DNA from: Sphyrna mokarran
Lineage: Eukaryota
Direction: 5' to 3'
Length of the DNA: 64,000 nucleotides
Assembly: GCA_024679065.1 (NCBI GenBank)
Contig: JAGIQG010000025.1
Span: forward strand, 17,794,001 to 17,858,000
Shown one piece after another: positions 50,101 to 62,917 of the stretch (position 1 is its first letter; every line of letters begins with the position of its first letter). The notes under the pieces were generated by a model that saw nothing but the letters and a program-made list of their open reading frames with translations, searched no databases and was not told the DNA's origin. The position numbers were made by a program, and so were the translations under genes.

Positions 50101-51546
50101 CTGGATACAAAGGTTGAGAACTCTAACATTGTTCACTTAAATAGCTTAAAGCAAGAACAAAAGAAATGTTTATCGTTCACGTGTCTGGCATTTCACTAAT
50201 AGCTACTAATCCTGTTTTTAAAACAACGTGTCTGCTGTCTTTCTCAGCATGACTGATTCTTGCAATGGGGTACAAGATAACTGAGGTGCCTGAAGTAGTA
50301 CATCGAAAGAAACTTCAAACATTCTTAGACAGCACCATGTTTATGATTACATGTTTTATTCTGATGAAATGTTTCGCTTATCTTAATTTGCAACAATCAA
50401 AATTATCAGAACAACTGGATTTCTATTTCTCTGTAGAAGTAGCTGGCTAGCTAAGATCTGCATAACTAATTAGAAGAAACATACTGCTTGGTCACAGTAC
50501 ACTGGTCATGAAGTTCAAGAGTTGAATCTCAAAGTATATGAATTAAAACTAACATGAACCAAACATTTAGTTTGCATATAGTCTGAATGCTTTCTAAGGG
50601 CAAAATAACGTTTATATTGAAAATTCTTTTGAAGTGCAGAAATAGTAACCTTAATGAATTTTTTTAACCTTGCTCACAAAACAGAATAGACAAATTACAA
50701 AATTATGTTCAGCAGCTAAGTCCTTAAGTTCTTTGAAGTTTGTGTATAAAGGTTGGGGGCAAGGGGAAAGATGACAACATATTAACTGGCATGTTGCAAC
50801 CAGAATTTCCAATCTATAGCTTTCATAAGATTAAGGGAATGATCTCTTGCACTGGATATGTACAGATAGTACAAAATACTATTGATGTAAATGTTGCAGA
50901 ATATAATTTTTTCAACACTAATGTGATGCTACCACAAACTTTTATCGGTTGTTGCCTTTTTGACTACATTGTTTGAAGGATAAAAAGACAAATATATGTC
51001 ATCACTCATCAAAGTTGTGATAAACAAGTTTTGAATGCCTTAGCTGTTTGCAATCCCCAGACATCGCCAGTCAGTGGCGATAGTTACAGAAATCTTTGAA
51101 GTCCTGTCTTGCTTCATAGTGGTATATTATTACTGATGTAACCGAAGAGTCTTAGCACCACATTATCATTTTTTGAAATGCAAAAGAATCGTCAAAAAAA
51201 TGGCAGAACAAAAGCAGCTGTAAGCTTTCCACAGTCAAAATTTGGATTCAAAGCCAAGGAAGTCCTAGCTAAAACGGCCAAAACAGCTAATTATACTATC
51301 TTTGTTTGTAAATCAGGGCATGGCCAAGCCTTTCTAAACCCATTAACTATCATATGCTCTCTTTCTCCATTTGAGGATTAACATGTGGATGAATTTACGC
51401 CAGAAACCCAAATGACAATCTCACATATTAAACTCAGTCCACTATATTTAAAAAGTGACAGATATTGCATTTTATAACCAAATTTCTTACACTGAAACTA
51501 AAGTTTCAAGACTATTTGGAGCCCAAACACATTTTGTGCTCTAATA

Positions 51547-51712
51547 AAAGGTAAAGTCCCCATAGTTCCATATGACTATAGGCTATTCTCCCCTTTGGGG
51601 TAGGGGGAGGCGGGGTGCTGACTGGTGGTGATTTAACCTGAGAACACCACACTTCAGGCACAAGACAAGGTTGAGAAGGTGGGGCCTTCATGAATAATTT
51701 CAGCCGATACAG
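51547..51712 (-). mobile_element. SINE-like fragment (head truncated)
   Basis: aaggtaaagtccccatagttcc...ctgactggtggtgatttaacctgag...aaggttgagaaggtggggccttcatgaataa, recognised from memory as a common shark SINE body. Confidence 0.6.
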
Positions 51713-52439
51713 TGCTCCATCATGAATTGGAGGAATGGAGATTGGGCTATCAGCAAGTTAATTCAATAGAACGTCTGAACTTAGTTGAATCAGAAGGCAA
51801 ATACTAGAAAAGCCAATTCATATGATAGTGCTTCGCTGAATTGATTGCTTAAAGGCCACACTAGATTTAGGAGCAGATTATCTGTGTTTTCTCATCATTA
51901 ACATTTAGTGGAACAAAGATTGCCACCAAATATTTAAAAAAAATCTACAGCTGGTAAAAATGCATTTCTTAGCAAAGATAGTCAAAGATGTTGATTTTTT
52001 TTCACTTTTCCCACATAGGAAAAACAAACCTATGACCTTAAAAGCAAAGGCAGATGGTGTGGTGATGCAATTGGTTGGTGCTTGATTGCACTGAGGTATA
52101 AAGTAAGGAGGGATGGATTTGTAGCTTCACGATGTCTCAGCACAAAGCAGATCACAAACTTGTATTAAAATTCATCTTTGACTGGCAGGGATGTGGACAT
52201 ATACCATGCCCAGATACTCAGATTTCCAAATGTTAACTCAAAAGTACCACTCCAAGAGGCTGAATGGAAAGTCCGTGACCGAGGCTTAATGTCTTTCTCA
52301 AGATAGAATTTGCATTCTACTTGGCCAATCGAGTCCAAAGAGAGTATAGTTGTATACACTGTCCTGCCCTTTTTTGTCTTCAATATTTTAATATCTTCAC
52401 ATTAAACTTCTACTAAACTTCTGCTGTTAAACTCATCAA

Positions 52440-52645
52440 AATCACATGCTGGAAATCTGAATTAAAAGCTGAAAAGGCTGAGTCATTGAAAAAGTAAGTC
52501 AACATCTGAAAATAGAACAAACGAGGCAGTGTTTCAGGCACAGATACTGCCTCGATTCAAAGTGCCCCATGCCTAAAATATGACCTTGCCTGTTCTCTCC
52601 AAAAAAGTGAGCTTGCCTCATGCATTTACAACATTTCCTATCATA
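52440..52645. mobile_element. Very decayed palindromic Penelope-terminal-repeat element
   Basis: atgctggaaatctgaattaaaagctgaaaaggctg... resembles the left arm of 44351-44684. Confidence 0.55.
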
Positions 52646-53029
52646 TTTGCTGATAACTATCTGCATAGTTATCAATCCACCAGTGTCACCTTGGCTGGCC
52701 AGGCGCAGACAGAGGGGAACTCTCAAGTTTACCTGATAGAAGCTGAATAGCCAGAAGTTACATCACTACTTTAAATTTCTTGAGATAAAAGATAAAATCC
52801 TAAATACTTTGTGGCAGTTATCTGAAACCTCAAGTATAAGTTGAGGTTTTCAGATGATTCTGAAGACCACAAGTGAAATGGTACACCTTTATTAAGGTGT
52901 TTTTTGAATCAAGTGCAAAGTTTGACAAATAGCACTGTCAATATTATTCACTCTTTAATCAGGAAGAGAACTCCTACCAATTCAGTACGCCATTATAGTC
53001 AGAAGGGTTTTCATTGGCCAGGCGGGGGT

Positions 53030-54200
53030 TAACAGTAAGTGTCTTGGGCTACAAAAAGATATAGATGGAATGGTCAAATGGACAAATGAGTGGCAAATGG
53101 AATTTAACCCTGAAAAGTGTGAGGTGATACACTTTGGAAGGAGTAATTTGATAAGAAAGTATTTAATGAATGGTAGGACACTAGGAAGTTCTGTGGAACA
53201 AAGGAACATTGGCATGTTTGTCCACAGATCTCTGAAAACAGAAGGGCATGTTAATAGTCTGGTGTAAAAGGCATTTGGGATGCTTGCCTTTATCTATTGA
53301 GGTACAGGTTACAAAGCAGGAAAGTCATGTTGGAGTTGTATAGAACTTTGTGAGGCCACTACTAGAGCCTACCCAACCTCTCTTCGTAACTTAAACATTC
53401 CATTCCAAGCAGATCCTGGTGAATCTGCTCTGCACCCCCTCCCGCGCAGTTCTGGTTGCCATATTATTGGAAAGATGTGATTGCCCTGGAGAGGTGCAGA
53501 AGAGATTTACCAGAATGCTGCCTGGGATGGGCAGGTTGAAATAGGCTTGGGTTATTTTGTTAAAGTAGAGAAGACAGAGGGGTGACCTGATCGAGGTGAA
53601 CAAGATTATGGAGACATGGACATAGTTGATAAGGACCAGCTTTTCCATGTAGTTGAAGGGTCAGTTGTGAGGAAACACAGCTTCAAGGTGCAGGCAGGAA
53701 GTTTGGAAACGGGGGAGGGGAGATATGAGGAAAAACCTTTTTATCCTGAGTGTAGTGACAGTTTGTAATGCACTGCCTGGAAGAGTGGAGGAACAAAGAA
53801 CAAAAACAGTACAGGAAACAGGCCCTTCGGCCCAATGAGCCCAGGCCGCCACCCTGATGTTCCCACCTCTACCCGTGATCCCTGTCTATGTTTATGGATC
53901 TATGGATTAAAAACCAAATTTGAGACAATTTAGGGAGAACGTCTTTTGCCAATTAGCCTAAGGGGACATCTTCGGGATGTGGGAGGAAACCGAAGCACCT
54001 GGAGAAAACCCACGCAAGCATGGAGATGGGCTGTCCCATATCCTGTAAAAAGTATCTGGATGAGCACATGGTACACCATAACATTCAGGGCTATGGGCCA
54101 AGTGCTGGCAGATGGGATTAGGTGGGAGTTCAGGTGTTTCTATGTGTCGGTGCAGATTCAATGGGCCGATGGACCTCTTCTACAATGTATGATTCTATGA
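53030..54200 (+). mobile_element. CR1/HER1 LINE 3' ~1 kb (RT C-terminus + 3' UTR) with nested insertions
   Basis: ORF WTNEWQMEFNPEKCEVIHFGRSN...; RGDLIEVxKIM; 3' UTR ends gtatgattctatgatt. Confidence 0.93.
53790..54025 (-). mobile_element. Truncated V-SINE nested in the CR1
   Basis: V domain (tgtgggaggaaaccgaagcacctggagaaaaccc) and tail gaacaaagaacaaaaacagtacaggaaacaggcccttcggccc on the minus strand. Confidence 0.75.
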
Positions 54201-54834
54201 TTTGGCTCTGAGGTAACTCTATATTCCAAAATATTGTGTAAATTAAACCACACTAATGTAGGAAAGCAAATGGTCACCGAGTCCTTGGCACGGAACACAG
54301 ATGATATTGATAAAATCCTAAAAAACAAGTCTAACACAATCCTCACATTATGGATCTAACAATTTTAACAGTAAAAATGAAATTGCTGGTTTCATTTACC
54401 AAAAATCAAATTCTGTCTTTGATCTAAAGAATAAATTTGACTCATTTTCCTCATTTAATTAGCAACATTGTTCTTTTGATTGAAAAATAACAGGTTTTCT
54501 CCACTCTGAAGATATGTAAGTTTGACACAGATATGCAATTTGTTCATAGATCTTCAGGACTGTATTTATGACACCTGTCACCTATTTCACATTGTTAATT
54601 AGACATGTTATAATGCACGTCTGGGAATTTCTACCTCAAGTAGTTAACAGAAATACTGATTATAAAGTTTGAAAAAGGATGAGATTTCTTTCCAAAATGG
54701 CCACTTAAACTTAGCAGTTCCAAGAGAAACAAGTCTCATTCAAGAATGAACAAGGAGGGTGAAAAATCATTGAATTCTTCAAAGTATCTGGGATAGGTTA
54801 CTCAGTCCCTCAAGACTGTTCTTCCACTTGATAG

Positions 54835-55190
54835 TTTTTTTTTCTTTTTTTTAATCATTCGTGGAACACGGGCATCACTGGCTGGCTAGCATTTATTGCC
54901 TATCCCTAGCTGCTTTTGAGAAGATGGTGATGAGCTGCCTTCTTGAATTGCTGCAGTCCATGTTCTGTGGGTTGACCCACAATGTCATTAGGGAGGGAAT
55001 TCCAGCATTTTGACCCAGCGACTGCAAAGGAAAGGCCAGTATATTTCCAAGTCAGGATGGCTAGCGGCTTGGAGGGGAACTTGCAGGTAGTGGTGGTTGC
55101 ACACATCTACTGCCCTTGACATTCTAACTCAAAGTAGTCATGGGTTTGAAAGGTGCTTTCTAAAGGACCTTCGGTGAATTGCTGCAATGA
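54835..55190 (-). mobile_element. CR1-like LINE 3' end (second family)
   Basis: Reverse complement of the 48550-49015 family; ORF track CWNSLPNDIVG. Confidence 0.9.
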
Positions 55191-55229
55191 CAATTGATCA
55201 GCATCCCGTGTCCCCGTTAATCCTTAACA

Positions 55230-55720
55230 GTCAAGCCAAACAAAAATCTGAAGTATTCAATTGACCTAGCCATAGTTTTTTTTAGGAGAGAGTATTGTAG
55301 ATTTTTGATGTGAAAAGATGCTTCCTGGCATCATGCCTGGAAGGACTATTTCTAAAGATATGTCCCCCTTGTTCAGATCATCTCCACCAGAGGGAACAAT
55401 TTTGGTCCAATCATTTTAAACACAATAATTAGTTCATCCTCAAATTGCCCAGCACCAAGGGAACACAAACCTAGCTGACATACAGTGTCTCCTTTTTTAA
55501 TTCTTGGAATGTGAGCATCGCAACAAGACCAGTACTTATTGTCCACTCTTAATTGCCACTGAGAAGACAGTGAGTGATTGAACTTCTTGAACTGCGGCAA
55601 CCATTGTGGTGTAGGTATAACTACATTGTTAGGAAGGGAGCTTCAGGATTATGACCCACCAACAGTGAAGGAACAGCAATAGGATTTCAAATCATATGTA
55701 AATGAAGGGGAACTTAATGG
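55230..55720 (-). mobile_element. Two adjacent old CR1 fragments
   Basis: 55230-55490 (LIIVFKMI, LFPLV motifs) and 55490-55720 (second-family 3' tail). Confidence 0.65.
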
Positions 55721-56174
55721 TTATAATTTAACCTCTGTAGTCGTACCTTAATTCTAGGGAATCTATGCTGTACACCCTCACTCTGAACTCTGATCATTCC
55801 TTGTTTCTAAAATTCCGTTGCTGCTAAATTTAGGGTGCATTATGCCACCAGGCATGAATCATAAAAAGCTGAATGTGACAATTTAAACACAAAAGCAAAT
55901 CAGAGGACATGACGTTACAGTGACTCATTATAGACTCATAATGGCATGCATGTTTACAGTTCCTTTAATATATGCTGGTAATTGAGCTTGGAATCATCAT
56001 TAAACATTTGTAGCTTTAGGTCTGTGAAATTCTGCTTGCTGTGCAAGATCATCTTGTAAAACAGTTAGATGATTCTGTCAAATGTATTTGCAGATCACTG
56101 CATTTGGGGATTCAATTATCCTTGCAAAGCAAAGTAAGGTGCTACCTTCTACCTTGTAGGTCATGAGAGTACGG

Positions 56175-56697
56175 TTCATAGAAGTCATACAGTGCAGAAG
56201 AGGTCCTTTGATCCATTAGGTCTACACCAATATATAAGAAACACCTGACCCTCCACCTAATCTCATTTACCAGCACTCAACCCATGGCCTCAAACATTAC
56301 GACATACCAAGTGCTCATCCAGGTACTTAAGTTATGTGCGCCATCCTGCCTCCACCACCCTCCCATGCAGCACATTCTAGACCCTCTCTACCCTCTGAGT
56401 AAAAGATATTTTTCCTCAAATCCTTCTACAAACCTCATGCCTCCTCACCTTGAGCCTGGTGAATCTCCTCTGCACCCACTCCGCGCAATAAAGTTTGCTC
56501 AACCACAGTAATTAAGGGGAACAGCTCATCCTTTTCCACCCTGTCCATGCCCTCGTAATCTTATACACCTCAATCAGGTCGCCCTCAGTCTTCTCTGTTC
56601 CACCAAAAACAACTCAAGCTACACAACCTCTCTTTGTAACTTAAACATTCCATTCCAGGCAGATCCTGGTGAATCTCCTCTGCACCCGCTCCGCGCA
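56175..56697 (-). mobile_element. CR1/HER1 LINE 3' end with an internal templated duplication
   Basis: catagaagtcatacagtgcagaagagg...cttatacacctcaatcaggtcgccctcagtc...cctggtgaatctcctctgcacc. Confidence 0.9.
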
Positions 56698-57642
56698 ATA
56701 AAGTTTGCTCAACCACAGCAAATATCCTGATTACAGGATAGTCATTGCTTAGCCCAGAACAGAGGTGGAAGACATCTCATACCTCAACAAAAACTCAGCT
56801 TCAAGTCATACATATGTCCACATAAAGACAATTTTTAAAACTTCAAAATCACCTTCAGCTGTAGTCTTGGCATTTTTTGTTAAAAACTATTAAATTTAGC
56901 TATGATTGAACTGGAATTACTCTTTGAATCAGCAATTAAAAATGTAGCAATTTCAAGCTAAACTGTTGTCGTAATTTGCTGATTTTGCTAAAAGCCAGTA
57001 AGGAAAAAAGTGGCTTTAATGTTCAGAAGCAGTAAAACCTTACTCGCGTGAACTGTGCAGTGCTCTATGAAGTCATCAAGATCGCCAGAGGCAGAGTATA
57101 TCAGAAGGACACCTGCATGAACTTATCAAGTTTTCTCACAGATTGAGATCGCAACAGTGAGCAGGTTGTGAAGACAACGGATTGAGATCTGTTGGGTGTC
57201 AAACAATTGCTGATATAGCTGCAGGTGTTTGACTTCTGCCACCAGAGGTCCTCAGCGGGCCACACAGAAGGCCAAGCTTAAATTGAGCAGCAGACAATTG
57301 ATTATACAACATTACGATTTACTTCCGCATGTCCCAAATGGTTGTTAATGCAGAAATTTTCAACAGATTGAATTATTCCAAAATTTACCAATTTGTTTTA
57401 CATAAGAACATACCAAATTGACAAACAGGAAATAAAACCAGCTGGCTTGCCCCATGCAGTCACCGCACAACTGTGCGACGTGTTTCTAAAAGCTTTCCAG
57501 CTGCCACAATATCCAAGCAGAAGGAAAATACAGATGAACAGAAGCCCTAAGCCGAATCAGGGGTGAAGAAAATACCTGGCAAATTCCTCTCTGAACCCTT
57601 CAGTTTAAAAAAAAAAGGAATTTCAGAGACCACAGCCATAAC

Positions 57643-57934
57643 AGCAGCACAGTGGCACAGTGGTTAGCACTGCTGCCTAACAGCGCCAGGAACTCCGGTT
57701 CCATTCCGGACTTAGATCACTGTGGAGTCTGCATGTTCTCCTCCTTTCTGCATGGATTTCCTCTAGGTACTCCAGTTTCCTCCCACAGTCCAAAGATGCA
57801 GGTTGACTGGCCATGCTAAATTGTCCCTTATTGTTAAGGGGACTAGCCAAGGTGAATGCATGGGGTTATGGGGGAATCGGCCTGGGCAGGATTGTGGTCA
57901 GTGCAGACTCAATGGACCAAATGGCCTCCTTCTG
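57643..57934 (+). mobile_element. HE1 V-SINE, tail A
   Basis: agcagcacagtggcacagtggttagcactgctgcc...gtgcagactcaatggaccaaatggcctccttctg. Confidence 0.93.
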
Positions 57935-59944
57935 AGGCATATCACCCAACATCCCACCTTTCTTCTGCACACAGTCAGGAACTTGTGCAACTCCTTTCTG
58001 AAAGCTTAGAGATAATCCACACACTGCATGAGCAGAAAAGGTTAATGACCCTTCTGCAAAAAAAAACAAAACATCTCTTGACGTCTAACATACTCACATA
58101 CAATCAGGTTCTTCACAGCCTATTTAGTTCAAAAAAATCCATCCACAAGCACATTGTCCAGTTAGTTCCTTTGTGATTTTAAAGAGCTCAATTTCACCAG
58201 GGTGTGAGGCTTTGGTAGAGGTAATATCATGGTTAACTGGGTATTCATCCAGTGGTCACTCACCAATCATTTTCCAAGGTTTGCATATTACCTGCCGTAT
58301 CAGGTGCCTATTTTCAAGGCAAGGGGAAAGGTCTGATGGTGGATTTCATATTTTATACTGGATTACCCTGCTCATTGATTCTAATACTCTATCTGCTTTG
58401 TTATAAACCTTATGACACTGTTGTGAACATGTAAAGATATTTGTATTGCAACTAAGTCTCTTTGTTGACAGACTTTAATTTCAAATTCTGCATGGTATTT
58501 AGAAGAAACATAAGACAAATTAACATCATGCGGTATCAAGCAATGTATTTTGCCAAGTACTAATGATATATCACACAGATCCTGCAGCAATGAAATACCA
58601 AAGTTTGAAACAAACATGTTTGCAAAACATGCATGGACTCCACCTGGAATTATGTAAATACCTGGCAATTTGGATCCCTTTCCACACAACTCAGGCACTT
58701 CCCAAACAATAAACACAACCCCAAGAATGGCAATGGCCGTACAGGCTATTGACCCTTGTGTAAAGCTCCAGGGCATAATGCTTCAGATATTTGTAACTTT
58801 GCAGCTATTTTGTGATAAACTCCTGAACCAGCCAAACCCTAGGGTCAGTTGCTGAATTTATTCCGACCCTTGTGTACTGTTACAATATTTGTGCTGACTG
58901 TCCCTGGCTCTCCACATGTTCCTCCACAAGTACTTCACATCAAACTGTATCAGGACTTCATAAACTGCATGGATGTAATTTATTTTCCAAACGGAAAATT
59001 AATTTAAAGATCCTGAAATGAAATAGTGCTGATGTGCCGGACTGTTATGCTGTCAGTATTAGATTTAAGATGTCGTTAAACTGATACCTAAACTTCTTTT
59101 TACAACCTTGGAGAAAATGCAACAAAATATTTGAGCATAAAAATGCTGGTAACTGCTATAGGAAATAAACAACCTGAAGGAGGAAATTTAAAAATTGGGT
59201 TGTGGGCACTTTCAGCGGTGCTGAAATACAGTCTATGCAGGCAAACAAAAGAGCCTTGCATACTTTCAAAGGCAAAGGATCAATATTTTCTCCTTTATCA
59301 CCTTCAGTTTAATAACCCAGTTTACAATGTCAATCCCAGGTGACTACACACACAGCAAAAAATCATTCACTAATTCCTTTTTTCATTTAGTAGACAGACC
59401 ACAAACCTCTGGTCCCTGTAGTACATTTACAGACATTTCTGCTCTAGTCAATGACGGGGTTTTTGCAAGACTGAAAGCTAAGAAGAATTTTACCAGGAAC
59501 TTAAAGAAAAATCATTTTTTTGTGTTTCATCCTTTGGGGTGCAACACATATTTAGTTAGAAATAGCAGGGACTGATCATTAAATCTCATTAAATTTTTAA
59601 TCTGAACCTTCAAACCACAGATGACATTAACCTTGTTTATTTCATACCATAAAGTTTAAGAACAGTAATTTATTACTGCCTGAACCAGGCATTTCCATAA
59701 CATTATTCTGGATTTTTTTTTTTTGCAAATCACGGTGCTGAAGCGGCAAAGATAAGACTTTGGCAATATATTTCTGCTTTGGAGTACAACTTAGAAGTAC
59801 ACAATTTTGCAAACCAGTTCACAAATCAAGGCATGCAAATTGAAGACACAAAGTATCTCAATATCCACTCCAAATCAAACTTTCACAGTCTTATGTATTT
59901 CTCAATTTCAGTTCTAAATTATTTAGCAAAATCTTTTAATTCTT

Positions 59945-60098
59945 TTACTCTAGTTCTCTACACCCTATGACTATTACGCCACTCTGCACTCTCTCGTTTC
60001 CTTCCTTATGAACGACATGCTTTGTCTCTACTGCATGCAAGAAACAATACTTTTCACCATACACTAATAGAGCTGCCAATAATAAATCAAATCAAAAC
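59945..60098 (+). mobile_element. LINE 3' tail, Rex1/Babar-like
   Basis: gcatgcaagaaacaatacttttcacc...caataataaatcaaatcaaa. Confidence 0.6.
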
Positions 60099-60466
60099 AA
60101 AGTACCTGTCCACTCCAAATCAAACTTTTGCAACTCTCTTTTTTAATTTCAGTTCTAAATTACTTAATTCAGATTGAGATCCAATCATTCGCTTGTTACA
60201 GCAGAATGCCTCAGATCACACACTTCTGCCCATATTCAAACTAGTTAATCCTAAATTGTGAAGGAAATGTAAAGGTGAAAAATGAAAAGCTGATACAGAG
60301 AAAGGAACAGTTTTACCATGATCAGACTTTGTCGAAAGGGAAATGCTCGAAATTTACAATTTGGAACTCTTCCTTTTCAATCCGTGGTCTAAAATTGCTC
60401 TAAATGTATCCAAGCACAAGGCAGTAAAATGGGAGCACCAAGGAGAACATATGCCAGGTTATGCCT

Positions 60467-60806
60467 GCTGGCACAAAGGCGCAGTGGTTAGCACTGCTGC
60501 CTCACAGCTGCAGGGACCTGGGTTCAATTTCCGGCTCGGGTCACTGTGCAAACTCCACACTGATATTCTCCCGATTCTATGTGGATTTCCTCCAGGTGCT
60601 CCCGTTTGTTTCTGCACACCAAAGACGTGCAGGTTAGGTTGATTGGGCATGCTAAATTGCCCTTTAGAGTCCCAGGATTGTAAGTTAGAGAGGCTAGCAG
60701 GTTAAATTTGTAGGGCTATGAGGATAGGGCCTGAGGTGGGATTGTTATCATTGTAGACTTTGATGGGCCGAATGACCTCCTTCTGCACTGTAGGATTTCT
60801 GTGAAT
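60467..60806 (+). mobile_element. HE1 V-SINE, tail A
   Basis: gcagtggttagcactgctgcctcacagc...gggttcaatttccgg...gatgggccgaatgacctccttctgcactgtaggattt. Confidence 0.93.
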
Positions 60807-62119
60807 CTTACCTGCCGGTTTGCAGCAAGGTAATGGCACTGGAAGCTGACATTCAGTAAGCTATGCCAAAGACTCTCACATATTGCAACTTAGACTGGTG
60901 CTAATTCATCATTTGGCCACTTAACAAACATGGTTTTTGATTGGTTAAACTGCAACTCCAGTTTCAGATTTCACAAATTGACATAAAGATTTAATACTTA
61001 CACCACCACAATGGTAAACTTATTTTTTTTTTTAAATTGCAGTAAATCAGCAGCTGTTAAGTCAGTATTCCTGACACAATTAATTTCCATTGTATATACT
61101 TAAAGGGTTGTACAATAAATCTATAATTTCTGAGGAGCAAGTAAAGTTAAAGGTGAGAATTTTAAATTGAGGCATTGGTGAAACCAGGTATGACACAAGG
61201 ATGGGCTGATGGTGAGCAAGGTATGTTATGGTCAGCACAGCTTCCAATGAACTGAAAGCAATGGAACAGTTGAATCTCAAAATACCAAGACAAAGATGAG
61301 GGCTTTAACAGCAAACAGGCTAAGACAGTCTTAAAGGCTGAACTTTACAGAAGTTGAAGTAGGTGATCATTCTGATGGAGAAAATGTGGGATTGCAAGCT
61401 CTGCTCAGGGTCATACTGAAAGTCAAGATTGCAACAGTTTGGTTCAACCTGAGAAGGCAGCTGGGGAGGGCACAGAGTTTATTGTGGGCCTGAAAAGAAT
61501 GGCGTTGATCTTCCCAATATTAAACTGGAGGAAACTGTGATTCATCCAGGACTGGATGTTGAACAAGCAGTCTTAATAACAAAGGAAAAACAGAGGTGTC
61601 AGGGCAATGGCGGAGTTATAATCCTTGCATGTGGATGCTAACCTCACCTTTGATTGATGTCATCAAGGTGTAGCATGTCAATAAGAAAGTGGGAGTTAAT
61701 GAATAGATCTTTTGGGAATTTCTGGCTGCGATTGCCAAGACAAAAAGAGTCAAATGAGAGCAGCCCAATGGAAACGGACAACCCAAAATGGGTGCCGGAG
61801 AAGGATGGTGTGATCTATCATCTGGAATGTTGCAGAGGTCAAAGAGAATTACGCACCTTGGGTAACAGTTACAAAATATGTTATTTAAGACTCTTAGTCA
61901 GACTACTTCAATGAGAAATGAAAATCTGATTGAGGGCACAAAACATCGTTGCGAATTTGGAGTACAACTTTGGAGCGGAATTGGAGGTTGCAGATGGAGG
62001 CAATAGTTTGACAGAACATTAGAATCAAGGATGGCCTTTTTAAGTGGGAGTGATGACAGCAATTTTGAAAGGGAGGTGGACAGTAGCTTAAGGAGCATTT
62101 ACAGCAGCTTTGATGTAGG

Positions 62120-62507
62120 TTAGGAGTTCAATTAATTAATAAATCTGGAATCAAAGCCTAGTCTCATTAATAATGATCAAGAAACTATTGATTCTCATAA
62201 AACCCATCAGGTACCTAATGATCTTCAGGGGAGAAAATTGCCATCCTTACTTGACCTGACCTGCTTCTGCATCCAGATTCACAACAATGTGATCAACTTG
62301 TAACTGCTCTCTCTGTAATGGTGTAGTTAGTTGTATCAAATCAATACAGACCAAAGCACTCTGCATGCATGCATGTACCTACTTATACCACACGAACTGC
62401 AGCAAGTTTAAAAGGCAGCTCATCACAAACTTCAAGGGCATTGAAGGGCAGTGAGCATTAAATACCAGCCTGGCCAGTAAAGCCCATATCCCAAGAACCA
62501 AAAAAAG
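62120..62507 (+). mobile_element. tRNA-SINE with CR1-type tail (family of 1077-1432)
   Basis: aataaatctggaat...ctaatgatcttcaggggagaaaattgccatccttac...cctggccagtaaagcccatatcccaagaaccaaaaaaa. Confidence 0.8.
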
Positions 62508-62616
62508 GCAAGGGGAAGAATTTGGATGATCAACAGTTAAGTAGAAACTGGGTTAGGGGTACAGGAGTTGAGCTACCATACAAGTAAGCTCACAAATGGC
62601 ATAAAGTGAAATAGGA

Positions 62617-62917
62617 GAATCACCGAATCCCTACAGTGCAGAAGGAGGCCGTTTGCCCATCAAAGCTGCACTGACCATAATCTCACCCAGGCCCTATCTC
62701 CGTAATCCCACATATTTACTAATGCCTCTGACACTAAGGGGCAATTTGGCATGGCCAATCAACCTAATCTGCACATCTTTGGACTGTGGGAGGAAAACGG
62801 AGCACCCAGAAAAAACCTACACAGACACGGGGAGAATGTGCAAACTGCACGCAGGAAACTGGAATGGAACCCGGGTCCCTGGTGCTGTGAGGCAACAGTG
62901 CAAACCACTGAGTCACC
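62617..62917 (-). mobile_element. HE1 V-SINE, tail A
   Basis: gaatccctacagtgcagaaggaggcc...ggactgtgggaggaaaacggagcaccc...gggtccctggtgctgtgaggca. Confidence 0.93.

Noticed and set aside
52820-52856. 14-bp hairpin atctgaaacctcaa/ttgaggttttcagat
   Set aside because: Too short for a pre-miRNA; no supporting context.
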